Assembly (NCBI GenBank): GCA_016210485.1 | Contig: JACQUD010000074.1 | Span: 12,590 to 76,589 of the forward strand | Origin: Chloroflexota bacterium | GTDB lineage: Bacteria > Chloroflexota > Dehalococcoidia > JACQUD01 | Reading direction: 5' to 3' | Length of the DNA: 64,000 nucleotides | Shown here: piece after piece, positions 29,774-41,001 of the stretch | How the letters are laid out: the number at the start of each line of letters is the position of its first letter | Numbering within the stretch: the stretch's first letter is position 1 | Notes under the pieces: generated by a model | Told to the model about the DNA's origin: nothing | Seen by the model: the letters and a program-made list of their open reading frames with translations, nothing else | Databases searched by the model: none | Translations under genes and position numbers: made by a program

Positions 29774-30361
29774 ATGTGGATGTCTTCGATGAGAAGAATA
29801 CATTTGGCAGTCATCTCTGCAGCTCTGGCGATTCTGCTGTTCCTGGCTTCCTGTTCTTCCGCTTGGGGACAGCCGGGGCGAGGCGGGATGATGGGGTCTG
29901 GTGGCATGATGGGTGGCTTCGGGCCCGGGAGCCAGCGATCCTATAGCTCCAATGGAGAGCGAGTTTACTACACTGGCCTATCCTCATCGGGACGTCCCAT
30001 TCCCTTTTCGGGAAGTCCCATGTGGCTGAGCATGCATGGGGGTAGTTGTGCGAGTTGCCACGGCGAGGACGGCCGGGGCGGTATTCCGATGATGATGGGA
30101 ACGGCTGTCGCCCCCGACATTAGCTATCATGCTTTGACCGAAGAGAGTGTCCATAGTGAAGACGGTCACGCTCACGAACCTTATACTGATAAGCTGATAA
30201 AAAGAGCCATTGTCGAGGGCTTGGACCCGAAGGGAGAGCCACTCGACCCCACCATGCCGCGCTGGCAGATGTCTGAACGGGACCTAGAGGACCTGATAGA
30301 GTACTTGAAAACCTTCCTTCGCACCGAGGAGCTTCACAATGAGAGCAGGGGCGGATACTAA
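29774..30361 (+). CDS. Secreted mono-haem c-type cytochrome
   Basis: Signal peptide with lipobox-like LFLASCSS, a G/M-rich segment and a single CASCHGEDGRGG haem motif. Confidence 0.7.
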   Translation: MWMSSMRRIHLAVISAALAILLFLASCSSAWGQPGRGGMMGSGGMMGGFGPGSQRSYSSNGERVYYTGLSSSGRPIPFSGSPMWLSMHGGSCASCHGEDGRGGIPMMMGTAVAPDISYHALTEESVHSEDGHAHEPYTDKLIKRAIVEGLDPKGEPLDPTMPRWQMSERDLEDLIEYLKTFLRTEELHNESRGGY

Positions 30362-30674
30362 AGAAGGGATTGGCCCGGTGAATCAAGACGAGTGGCCTGG
30401 CTCCCAGCAGGCCAAGGCAGATATCTTGAACATGAGTCAGCAGCAGCTCCAAGCAGAGCTGGACAAGGCTCGGAGAGACTTGGATGACCTGGAAGAGCTG
30501 AGGAGCGGCTCCCTGGGGCAAACGGGGGTGCACATCGGGATGAGAGTGCTGAAAAGCGCCCGCCGGCAATTTGAACGGGAGGAGGCCAGGCTGAAGGAAC
30601 GCATCGCTCTCCTGGAGGAGTTGCTCCGCAGAGGTCATTATCATGCTGGGGAAGAAAGCCCATATCGGGGCTAA
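30339..30674 (+). CDS. Hypothetical coiled-coil protein
   Basis: RBS gaggag lies 7 nt upstream of ATG 30339. The sequence has charged heptads (QQQLQAELDKARRDLDDLEEL ... FEREEARLKERIALLEELL). No family was recognised. Confidence 0.45.
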   Translation: MRAGADTKEGIGPVNQDEWPGSQQAKADILNMSQQQLQAELDKARRDLDDLEELRSGSLGQTGVHIGMRVLKSARRQFEREEARLKERIALLEELLRRGHYHAGEESPYRG

Positions 30675-30695
30675 TTTGAACAGAAGGAGGTCGCT

Positions 30696-31856
30696 ATGGC
30701 TGAGAAAACTGCGCTTATCCTGGGGGGTGGTCACGGTGGCTTGGCCGTGGCCAACCAGCTGCGGAGAGCGCTGCCGCCCGAGCACCGAGTGGTAGTGGTG
30801 GAGAGACAAAGCATCTTCTATATGTGCGGTTTCAATATGCGGCTCATGGATGGCGAAATGAAAGACCGACGGGAAGGGGAGCGGGAACTTTCGGGGCTGG
30901 CACAAAAGGGCATCGAATGGGTGCACGGCGAGATTTTGGAAATAGACCCCCAGGCTCGAAGGGTGCGGACTTCCTCGGGAACGCTGGAAGGGGACTATTT
31001 GATTATCGCCCTGGGCGCCGAAAAAGTTGCTGGAACTATCCCTGGTTTCGCCGAATCGGCCCAGAACCTGTATGAATCTGAGGGTGCCCTTCGCCTCTAC
31101 AGGTCTTTGCAGGAGTTTGATAGCGGGCGAGCTGTTGTGCTGATCTGTCGCACCCCCTTCTCTTGTCCAGCAGCCCCCTATGAGGCCGCCTTTTTAATGG
31201 ACTCAACCTTCAGAAGTAGGGGAAATCGAAATAAAGTGGAGATAGGCATCTACACTCCGGAGCCGAGGCCCATGCCCGCCGCCGGCCCCAATATGGGCGA
31301 GGCTGTCATCGGCATGCTGAAGGAGCGAGACATCAAGTATTATCCCCAGCAGAAGTTGCAAAAGATTGAGAGCGGGCGCCGCCAGATCCTTTTTGAGGGA
31401 GGTCAGGCCTACTTCGATTTGCTGGTAGGCATACCGCCCCATGCTGCCCCCAAGGTGGTGCGGGAGGCTGGCCTGACGGATGAGACGGGCTGGATCCCCG
31501 TTGACCCCGCTACGCTGGAGACTCGCTACCCCGGCGTTTTTGCCCTGGGCGACGTAACATCCGTTCGACAGCCCAACCCCACGGGCCTCTTCCTGCCCAA
31601 AGCCTGGGTCTTTGCCGACGAGCAGAGCCGTGTCATCGCCAGGAATATAGCAGCCCAGCTCAGAGGGGAAGAAAAGTCCGACAGATTCGATGGCAAGGGC
31701 TTCTGTTACCTGGAGGTCGGCAACGGCCTGGCCGCCTACGGTTCCGGAAACTTCTACGCCTACCCCACCGCCCGCGTGTATCTAGAGCTTCCCTCCCCAG
31801 GCCACCACCAGGAGCGGAAGAGGATCGAGCTGGAGCAACTGGAAACCCTGGCGTAA
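30696..31856 (+). CDS. FAD-dependent pyridine nucleotide-disulfide oxidoreductase, sulfide:quinone oxidoreductase (SQR)-like
   Basis: N-terminal ALILGGGHGGLAVA dinucleotide fold, FSCPAAPYEAAF (the SQR/FCSD-type xCxxAPxE box) and GDV near the C-terminus. The neighbourhood contains ArsR and DsrE. Confidence 0.65.
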   Translation: MAEKTALILGGGHGGLAVANQLRRALPPEHRVVVVERQSIFYMCGFNMRLMDGEMKDRREGERELSGLAQKGIEWVHGEILEIDPQARRVRTSSGTLEGDYLIIALGAEKVAGTIPGFAESAQNLYESEGALRLYRSLQEFDSGRAVVLICRTPFSCPAAPYEAAFLMDSTFRSRGNRNKVEIGIYTPEPRPMPAAGPNMGEAVIGMLKERDIKYYPQQKLQKIESGRRQILFEGGQAYFDLLVGIPPHAAPKVVREAGLTDETGWIPVDPATLETRYPGVFALGDVTSVRQPNPTGLFLPKAWVFADEQSRVIARNIAAQLRGEEKSDRFDGKGFCYLEVGNGLAAYGSGNFYAYPTARVYLELPSPGHHQERKRIELEQLETLA

Positions 31857-31970
31857 CCTCGGGGGAAGTTTACCATTGCCCGCCAGCTATCACACCTTTA
31901 ATGCCCATAAAGGAATTACAGGGTGGGCCATTGAAAAGCCAGGTCGCTAACCAGTCCTTTGAGGCAAATC

Positions 31971-32000
31971 TTGCCCGCTCCTCGGTCAAAAGGCTATAAT
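31971..32000 (+). promoter_or_regulatory. Promoter candidate for cmk-plsC-ispH
   Basis: TTGCCC at 31971-31976, an 18-nt spacer, then TATAAT at 31995-32000. The ATG lies only 12 nt downstream of the -10, so the leader would be very short. Confidence 0.4.
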
Positions 32001-32011
32001 ACCCGCAGGAA

Positions 32012-32698
32012 ATGGCTGCGAAACCTTCTATTATTGCACTGGATGGCCCGGTGGCCGTGGGCAAGACCACTGTGGGCCGTGCCCTGGCACGGCGCATGGG
32101 CTACCGCTTTTACGATACCGGAGCCATGTATCGGGCCTTGACCTGGCTGGCCCTTCAAAAAGGCGTTGACCCTCGGGACGAGACAGCGCTCACGCAGTTG
32201 GCCCAACACAGTCGTATCCAGCTCCTCCCTGGCACCGATGGAGACGAAGGAGGCCTCCTGGTCGATGGCCGCGACATCACCTCGGAGTTGAGAGAAAGTG
32301 AAGTGGAAGCATCGGTCTCTCCGGTGTCCGAGGTGGCCGGCGTGCGACGCTGCTTGGTGGCCCAGCAGAGAGAGCTGGCCCAGGGCGGGGGGGTAGTCAT
32401 GGCAGGGCGGGACATCGGAACCGTAGTCCTGCCCCAGGCGGACCTCAAGGTCTTTCTCATCGCCTCCCCAGAGGAGCGAGCACACCGCCGCCAGCAGGAG
32501 CTCTTGGCCCAGGGTAAAGAAGCCCCCTATGAAAAGGTGCTGGAAAACTTGCGTCGCCGGGACAGAATAGATAGCCAGCGTGCCCATTCCCCCCTCAAAC
32601 CCGCCCAAGGAGCTGAAGTCATCGACACCGATAGTCTGACCCTGGAGCAAGTCCTGGAGCGGGTCATGAAGCTAGTCCAGGAAGCGCTATGCCGCTGA
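32012..32698 (+). CDS. cmk: Cytidylate kinase
   Basis: IIALDGPVAVGKTTVGRALARRMGYRFYDTGAMYRALT, GRDIGTVV and R.RD..D..R. Confidence 0.93.
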   Translation: MAAKPSIIALDGPVAVGKTTVGRALARRMGYRFYDTGAMYRALTWLALQKGVDPRDETALTQLAQHSRIQLLPGTDGDEGGLLVDGRDITSELRESEVEASVSPVSEVAGVRRCLVAQQRELAQGGGVVMAGRDIGTVVLPQADLKVFLIASPEERAHRRQQELLAQGKEAPYEKVLENLRRRDRIDSQRAHSPLKPAQGAEVIDTDSLTLEQVLERVMKLVQEALCR

Positions 32699-33360
32699 GC
32701 TATTGGGCATGGACATCCTTGATGCGTAGCTACCTGCTGCTGCTCAGCCGCTGGCGGGTGGTGGGCCAGGAGAACGTACCCAGAAAAGGTCCTCTCATTA
32801 TAGCTGCTAACCATTTCAGCTTCATAGACCCGCCTCTCATCAGCGCCAGTGTCCCCCGTCGCATCGCCTTCCTGGCCAAGCAGGAGCTCTTTCGCTTCCT
32901 ACCCCTTCGCCTCATGGTCAGAAGCTTCGGAGCCATCGCCGTGCGGCGGGGCCGCAGCTCCCGGCACGCCCTGGAGAGGTCAGAAAGAATACTGGCTCAG
33001 GGTAAAGCCCTGGGCATCTTCCCGGAGAACCGGCGAAACCGCCAGGGTCAACTTCAGCACCCCCAGCGAGGTGTTGCCCTCTTGGCCCTGCGCAACAGCG
33101 CACCCATCCTGCCCATAGCCATCACCGGCAGCGAGAAGGTCCAAAGCTTTTGGGACATCTTTCGCCGTCCCACCATCACCGTCACCATTGGCCACCCCTT
33201 CTACCTGCAGCCCAATATGGAGGAAACAGACAGTGACCTTCAGGCCCAGGCCGAGGTCGTCATGGAGCACATTGCCCAGCTCCTGCCCGAAATCTATCGA
33301 GGTCCCTTTGGGAAGGCCTCACCCCTCGCTACCCCAGCAAGTGCCCTGAAAGAGATGTGA
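32689..33360 (+). CDS. plsC: 1-acyl-sn-glycerol-3-phosphate acyltransferase
   Basis: The acyltransferase HxxxxD box (AANHFSFIDPP) and FPENRR are present. It overlaps cmk by 10 nt. Confidence 0.85.
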   Translation: MPLSYWAWTSLMRSYLLLLSRWRVVGQENVPRKGPLIIAANHFSFIDPPLISASVPRRIAFLAKQELFRFLPLRLMVRSFGAIAVRRGRSSRHALERSERILAQGKALGIFPENRRNRQGQLQHPQRGVALLALRNSAPILPIAITGSEKVQSFWDIFRRPTITVTIGHPFYLQPNMEETDSDLQAQAEVVMEHIAQLLPEIYRGPFGKASPLATPASALKEM

Positions 33361-34226
33361 AGGCCATGCAAATAGAGAAGGCATCTTTGACAGGCTTCTG
33401 TTTCGGCGTGCGGCGTGCCCTGAATATGATGGAGAAAGCCGCAGCCGAAAAAGGTGGCATCGCTAGCCTGGGAGACCTGGTGCATAACCGACAGGTGGTA
33501 GACTATTTGGAGTCTCTGGGGGTTAGAGTGATCTGCAACTTGGAGGAGAGCCAGGGCGGGGCTGTGGCCATCCCCTCCCACGGGGCCGGGCCTGAGGTAT
33601 TCCAGGAAATAGAGGCCCGGAAGCTCCCCCTGGTGGATGCCACCTGCCCCATCGTGAGCAAAGCTCAGAGGAAAGCTCGGGACTTGCGCCAGGCGGGTTT
33701 CCAGGTGGTCATCTTCGGCGACCCGGACCATCCCGAGGTGAGGGCGGTCTTGGCATGGGCTGGCGAGGGGGCCTTGGCCATCACCGAGCCTGAGGCCCTC
33801 CTGGCCCGAGGCAAGATTCCTCGCCGCCTGGGCATCATGGCCCAGACCACCCAGACCCCCAAGGCTTTCTCTCTGTTCGTAGCCAAACTTTCGGAGCTGG
33901 CCCTGGCCCAGATGACGGAGTTGAGGGTGGTGAACACCCTTTGCCCCAGCGTCCACCTCAGACAGCAGGCCGCCCAGGAGCTGGCCCGAAGGGTGGATTT
34001 GATGATTGTAGTCGGAGGCCACCACAGCGCCAACACCCGACGCCTGGCCGAGGTATGCCGGGAGGCCGGCTGCGAGGCACGCCACATCGAGACCGTCGCC
34101 GAGGTGGATGCCGCCTGGCTTCACGGAAAAGAGAGAATAGGGGTAGCCGCCGGCACCTCCACCCCTGACCAGGCAGTGGAGGCGGTTATGGCCCGCCTCC
34201 AGGAGCTGGCTGGACAAAGCCGATGA
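33357..34226 (+). CDS. ispH: 4-hydroxy-3-methylbut-2-enyl diphosphate reductase
   Basis: GFCFGVRRAL, LVHN, DATCP.V and GGHHSANTRRL are the three-Cys LytB signature. Confidence 0.92.
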   Translation: MKAMQIEKASLTGFCFGVRRALNMMEKAAAEKGGIASLGDLVHNRQVVDYLESLGVRVICNLEESQGGAVAIPSHGAGPEVFQEIEARKLPLVDATCPIVSKAQRKARDLRQAGFQVVIFGDPDHPEVRAVLAWAGEGALAITEPEALLARGKIPRRLGIMAQTTQTPKAFSLFVAKLSELALAQMTELRVVNTLCPSVHLRQQAAQELARRVDLMIVVGGHHSANTRRLAEVCREAGCEARHIETVAEVDAAWLHGKERIGVAAGTSTPDQAVEAVMARLQELAGQSR

Positions 34227-34344
34227 AATTGAAACCAGGAGGCAGTATGGCCAAGAAATTTGACATAAGACGTAAACGCCGCCCCTTATAATAAAGGAGC
34301 GCGCCAGCCATCTTGGAATAAATTATTCGAGGGGCGATGTTGAA

Positions 34345-37158
<2,814 letters not shown>

Positions 37159-37164
37159 CCTGTC

Positions 37165-37192
37165 TATACCCCAGGCTTAAGCCTGGGGTATA
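37165..37192 (+). terminator. Perfect 12-bp stem hairpin immediately after ppdK
   Basis: tataccccaggc-ttaa-gcctggggtata begins 7 nt after the stop codon and is followed by ttatatct, a weak U-tract. Confidence 0.55.
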
Positions 37193-37586
37193 TTATATCT
37201 CAGACTCTGGATGTAGCGCGTGCTCCCCTGAAGGAATAGGATTTAGTGCGTCCGACTTGCCGGAGGGTGCAGGGAACCCAGGTTCCCTGCCGAGGGTGCG
37301 GGGGTATCCCCCGCTTATACACTTTCCCCCTTCCTAGAAGGAAGGGGTCAGGGGGATGGTATAATTGTCTCACCGAGCCGGACATTACCCTGCCCCAGAT
37401 GATCAACCCCGGATTTCCCATATCAAACTATGGTATAGGAGGGTTCCTCTGGTAGAATAGCTTTAAAAGGCCCACTGTCCAGATTTAGCAGAGGGGGCTG
37501 GCTGGAGGAACCCAATGGGTGAAGATACCCGGGAGGCATTGAAGCGTCAATTCGATAAGCGGCTGAGACTGGAGCTCTCACAGTGC

Positions 37587-37615
37587 TTGACAGACAAGTG
37601 CAATGCGCATATATT
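37587..37615 (+). promoter_or_regulatory. Sigma-70-type promoter candidate for the VOC gene
   Basis: TTGACA at 37587-37592, a 17-nt spacer, then TATATT at 37610-37615. Confidence 0.55.
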
Positions 37616-37704
37616 CAGTGCCAAAAGCTGAAGGGTAAGGATAGCCTCATTGCGAGTTGATACGGGAAATCCCGGACAACAAATCAACATGCGGGAGGAA
37701 GAGG

Positions 37705-38079
37705 ATGGCGCATCTAGTAACGCACTTCGAGATTCAGACTAAGAACCCGGACAAAGTCCAGAAGTTTTACAAGGACCTCTTTGACTGGAAGATCCAGGTT
37801 GTCCCGAACATGAACGGCTACGGCATGGTAGCCCCTGTAACCCCGGGCAAGGGCATTGGTTTCGGTATCGGCGGTATCATGCCTGGCGCCCGCCAGATGG
37901 TCACCTTCTACGTCGACGTGGACAACCCCCAAGCATTTTTGGACAAAGCCGTTAAGCTTGGCGGCAAGGTTATCATGCCTGCGATGACGATGCCCGGACC
38001 AGTCACCTTCGGTTATTTCGCCGACCCTGATGGTAACGTTGTCGGCGTGCATAAGGGTGGACCTGGGTCCTCCGATTAG
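37705..38079 (+). CDS. VOC (glyoxalase/bleomycin-resistance/dioxygenase) family protein
   Basis: RBS gggaggaagagg precedes ATG 37705. MAHLVTHFEIQTKNPDKVQKFYKDLFDWKI ... GYFADPDGNVVGVHK. Confidence 0.8.
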   Translation: MAHLVTHFEIQTKNPDKVQKFYKDLFDWKIQVVPNMNGYGMVAPVTPGKGIGFGIGGIMPGARQMVTFYVDVDNPQAFLDKAVKLGGKVIMPAMTMPGPVTFGYFADPDGNVVGVHKGGPGSSD

Positions 38080-38282
38080 AGCACCGGCCCACGGCCTACT
38101 CCGCAAGCACCACGGACCCGGCAGCGCAATGCCTATCAACAAGGTCGTCGACTTTATAGCCGACCAGATGGGCATGCCCAAGGCCCATGCGAGGCAGATA
38201 GCCAACACCACCATACCGCAGCTGAAGAGGTGGAAGTAGGGCGCCACCACTCAAAGTTAGACGGGAAGGAGAAGTGTTTTAT

Positions 38283-38345
38283 TGTCATTCTGAGCGAAGC
38301 GAAGAATCTGAGATACTTCGGTCGCTGCGCTCCCTCAGAATGACA
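38283..38345. repeat. Palindromic intergenic element (copy 1; two ~30-nt units head-to-head)
   Basis: tgtcattctgagcgaagcgaagaatctgag-atac-ttcggtcgctgcgctccctcagaatgaca. The outer 12 nt are perfectly complementary. A related copy lies at 52752-52814. Confidence 0.8.
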
Positions 38346-38382
38346 TCCCAAACGCCGTTAGGATAAGATAAGAAAAGCTCTC

Positions 38383-39171
38383 ATGAAATCGCCTGAATCC
38401 GCCGCCCAGCGCAGCTTCGGCCGGCGGGCCGCCTACTATACTACTAGTGCCACCCACGCCGACCCCCAGGTCCTGGCCCGCGTGGTAGAGCTTGCCATGA
38501 GTGGAACCGAAGGGCTGGCCTCGCCGAAGCCAAGCTGGCAAGCCCTGGATATCGCCACCGGCACCGGCCACACCGCCTTCGCCCTAGCCCCCGACGTGGC
38601 CCACGTCCTGGGCCTCGACCTGACGCCCCAGATGCTGACCCAGGCCGTGGCCCTCCGCCAGGCCCGCTCCATCGCCAACGTGGACTTCTGCCTGGGCGAT
38701 GTCCACCGCCTGCCCTTCTCCGCCGAAAGTTTCCATCTGGTAACCTGCCGTCGCGCCGCCCACCACTTCTCGGACATCGGCCAGGCCCTCGACGAGATAC
38801 GGCGGGTGCTCCGCCCCGGCGGCCGCCTGGTCATCGACGACCGCAGCGTCCCCGAGGACGATTTCCTCGACGCCCTCATGAACCGGCTGGACAGCTACCA
38901 CGATGAGTCCCACGTGCAAGAATATCGCCCCAGCCACTGGGCGCGTATGCTGGAGCAGGCGGGCTTCTCCGTTAAGGCCGTGGAGCCTTACATCCAGCAT
39001 CGGCCCCTGACCTCCCTGACCGATGGTGCCTCCCAGAAGAACGTGCGCCGCATCCATCGGGCGCTCCAGGGCCTGACCCCGGCCCAGCGACAGCAGCTCA
39101 ACCTGGCGGAGCGAGACGGGGAGCCGCACTCCAACCACTGGTACCTGCTCCTCTCCGCCAGGAATGGGTAG
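38383..39171 (+). CDS. Class I SAM-dependent methyltransferase
   Basis: Motif I ALDIATGTGHTAFALA, the post-I acidic residue and LRPGGRLVIDD. Confidence 0.85.
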   Translation: MKSPESAAQRSFGRRAAYYTTSATHADPQVLARVVELAMSGTEGLASPKPSWQALDIATGTGHTAFALAPDVAHVLGLDLTPQMLTQAVALRQARSIANVDFCLGDVHRLPFSAESFHLVTCRRAAHHFSDIGQALDEIRRVLRPGGRLVIDDRSVPEDDFLDALMNRLDSYHDESHVQEYRPSHWARMLEQAGFSVKAVEPYIQHRPLTSLTDGASQKNVRRIHRALQGLTPAQRQQLNLAERDGEPHSNHWYLLLSARNG

Positions 39172-39176
39172 ATAGG

Positions 39177-40202
39177 ATGACTGGAGACGAAATCCGCCTC
39201 CGCCTGGAGGCCCGCGAGGACTCCCTCTCCCCCTTCGCCCAAAGGTCTCGCCTGACCAAGGGCCGCCTCCACCCCGAGCCACCTCCCCCCACCCGCACCC
39301 AGTTCCAGCGGGATAGAGACCGCATCCTCTACTCCAACTCCTTCCGACGCCTCAAGCACAAGACCCAGGTCTTCATCGCCCCCCTGGGCGACCACTACGT
39401 GACCAGGCTGACCCATACCCTGGAGGTTTCGCAAATAGCTCGCTCCATCGCCCGCGCCCTGAACCTCAACGAGGACCTGGCCGAGGCCATCGCCCTGGGG
39501 CACGACCTGGGCCACACCCCCTTTGGCCATATCGGCGAGGAAGTGTTGAACGAGCTATTGCCAGGGGGCTTCCATCACAACGAGCAGAGCCTGCGGGTGG
39601 TGGACCTCCTGGAGAAGGATGGGCGCGGCCTCAACCTCACCTGGGAGGTGAGGGACGGCATTCTGAGGCACTCCAAAGGTCGCTACGATGTCCTGGGGAG
39701 CGCCGAGGACCGGCCTGCCACCCTGGAGGGACAGACCTGCCGCCTAGCCGACAGCATCGCCTATATCAACCACGATATAAGCGACGCCCTGCGGGCGGAT
39801 GTCATCCGCCCCTCTGACCTTCCTGCCTCGGCGGTAGCCCTCTTGGGGGAGACACCATCCCGACGAATAGATACCATGGTGCGTGACTCCATCGAGGCCT
39901 CCTGGGAGAGGCCGGCCATCGCCCTCAGCCCCCCTACCTTAAAGGCCGCTGAAGAGCTGCAGGCCTTCCTCTTCCAGCGAGTCTATGATGCCAGTGCCGC
40001 CACCCCAGACGCCCGACAGGCCCGGGAGGTGGTGCGCAAGCTTTATAGCCACTTCCTGGATCATCCCCAGGCCATCCCTGCCGAGTTCCCCGCCTTCTCC
40101 GGCGAAAGGCTGGAGCGACGAGCTATCGACTACGTCTCCGGCATGACCGATGGCTTCGCCCTGCGCCTGGCCGGAGAGCTGGGGCTGCCAAAAGCCCGTT
40201 AG
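39177..40202 (+). CDS. dgt: dGTP triphosphohydrolase-like HD-domain protein
   Basis: FQRDRDRILYSNSFRRLKHKTQVF, VTRLTHTLEVSQIARSIA and LGHDLGHTPFGH. Confidence 0.9.
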   Translation: MTGDEIRLRLEAREDSLSPFAQRSRLTKGRLHPEPPPPTRTQFQRDRDRILYSNSFRRLKHKTQVFIAPLGDHYVTRLTHTLEVSQIARSIARALNLNEDLAEAIALGHDLGHTPFGHIGEEVLNELLPGGFHHNEQSLRVVDLLEKDGRGLNLTWEVRDGILRHSKGRYDVLGSAEDRPATLEGQTCRLADSIAYINHDISDALRADVIRPSDLPASAVALLGETPSRRIDTMVRDSIEASWERPAIALSPPTLKAAEELQAFLFQRVYDASAATPDARQAREVVRKLYSHFLDHPQAIPAEFPAFSGERLERRAIDYVSGMTDGFALRLAGELGLPKAR

Positions 40203-40279
40203 CAACTCCCTGGCAGTCTGCTGGCAAACCCCCAAAAAGAGGGCCAAGGGTAACTAATCTACTGGACAAGAACAGGGGC

Positions 40280-40309
40280 TTGACAAGAGACCGGGAAATA
40301 ATTTATATT
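40280..40309 (+). promoter_or_regulatory. Promoter candidate upstream of fur with an AT-rich Fur-box-like segment
   Basis: TTGACA at 40280-40285, an 18-nt spacer, then TATATT at 40304-40309. The overlapping gaaataatttatattggtaa loosely resembles GATAATGATAATCATTATC. Confidence 0.45.
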
Positions 40310-40352
40310 GGTAAACGCTATCCATTTGCATAAATTAGCGGGGTAATGCCTA

Positions 40353-40784
40353 ATGGCAAAGAGTAAAACAGCCCGGACCGCTCTTACTGGGCAGAGACTG
40401 ACTGCCCAACGAAGGCTACTATTTGATCTCCTTCGCAAGGGCAAGGGGCATCCCGACGTGGACGAGCTTTATCGCCAGGCCAAGCAGCTAGACCCACGGA
40501 TTAGCCTGTCTACCGTTTACCGCAACCTTCGCCTGTTCAAGAAACTGGGCCTGGTAGAGGAGCTGCACCTGGAGGAGGAGCATCACCACTACGAAAGCCG
40601 ACCCACTACGGAGCACTATCACCTGGTGTGTCGGGGCTGCGGCCAGGTGGTGGAGTTCCGCAGTCCCCACGTGGACAAACTCAAGCAAGAGGTGGGCCAG
40701 GAACACCGCTACGCCATCCTCGGAGCCGACGTGAGCCTGGTGGGATACTGCCCGAGGTGCCAGGCCAACAGACAAAAGGTATAA
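40353..40784 (+). CDS. fur: Fur family transcriptional regulator
   Basis: R.T.QR..L.DLL......H...DELY......DP.ISLSTVYRNLRLFKKLGLV.E, HHH.YE, then CRGCG ... CPRC structural zinc sites. Confidence 0.88.
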   Translation: MAKSKTARTALTGQRLTAQRRLLFDLLRKGKGHPDVDELYRQAKQLDPRISLSTVYRNLRLFKKLGLVEELHLEEEHHHYESRPTTEHYHLVCRGCGQVVEFRSPHVDKLKQEVGQEHRYAILGADVSLVGYCPRCQANRQKV

Positions 40785-41001
40785 AATTTTTTGCCTATGA
40801 TATTGCTAACAGGAGGCATTTTTATTATATAAAGTCAAAAAACAGTCTTTTCGGAGGGCAGGGCTGGCCCGGAGAGGGAGAAGCTGCAGCTAAAGGGGAC
40901 CCCCGGCCGGCGCCAGCGCCCTCCTTACTCCCGGCCTGGCCCCAGGCCAGGAAGGGTTTATTTTGCCCGAAAACCGGATACGGAAAGGAGAAAAGTCAAG
41001 A

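Noticed and set aside
34247-34291. A 14-codon mini-ORF (MAKKFDIRRKRRPL*) with a strong aggagg RBS upstream of ppdK; possible leader peptide
   Set aside because: It is too short to evaluate. I found no attenuator-type alternative hairpins, and the basic peptide has no run of regulatory codons. It is noted only as something ribosome profiling could test.
37246-37455. ORFs 37246-37455(+) and 37200-37421(-) in the ppdK-VOC spacer
   Set aside because: Both read through three perfect hairpins and give Gly/Arg/Pro/Cys-rich peptides without start-site signals. They are better explained as non-coding structured DNA or RNA.
38129-38239. A 36-aa ORF (MPINKVVDFIADQMGMPKAHARQIANTTIPQLKRWK) resembling the N-terminal helices of HU/IHF
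   Set aside because: It lacks the beta-arm and the rest of the fold, has no RBS, and overlaps the VOC gene tail region. It is probably a gene remnant truncated next to the palindromic element at 38283, or a chance similarity.
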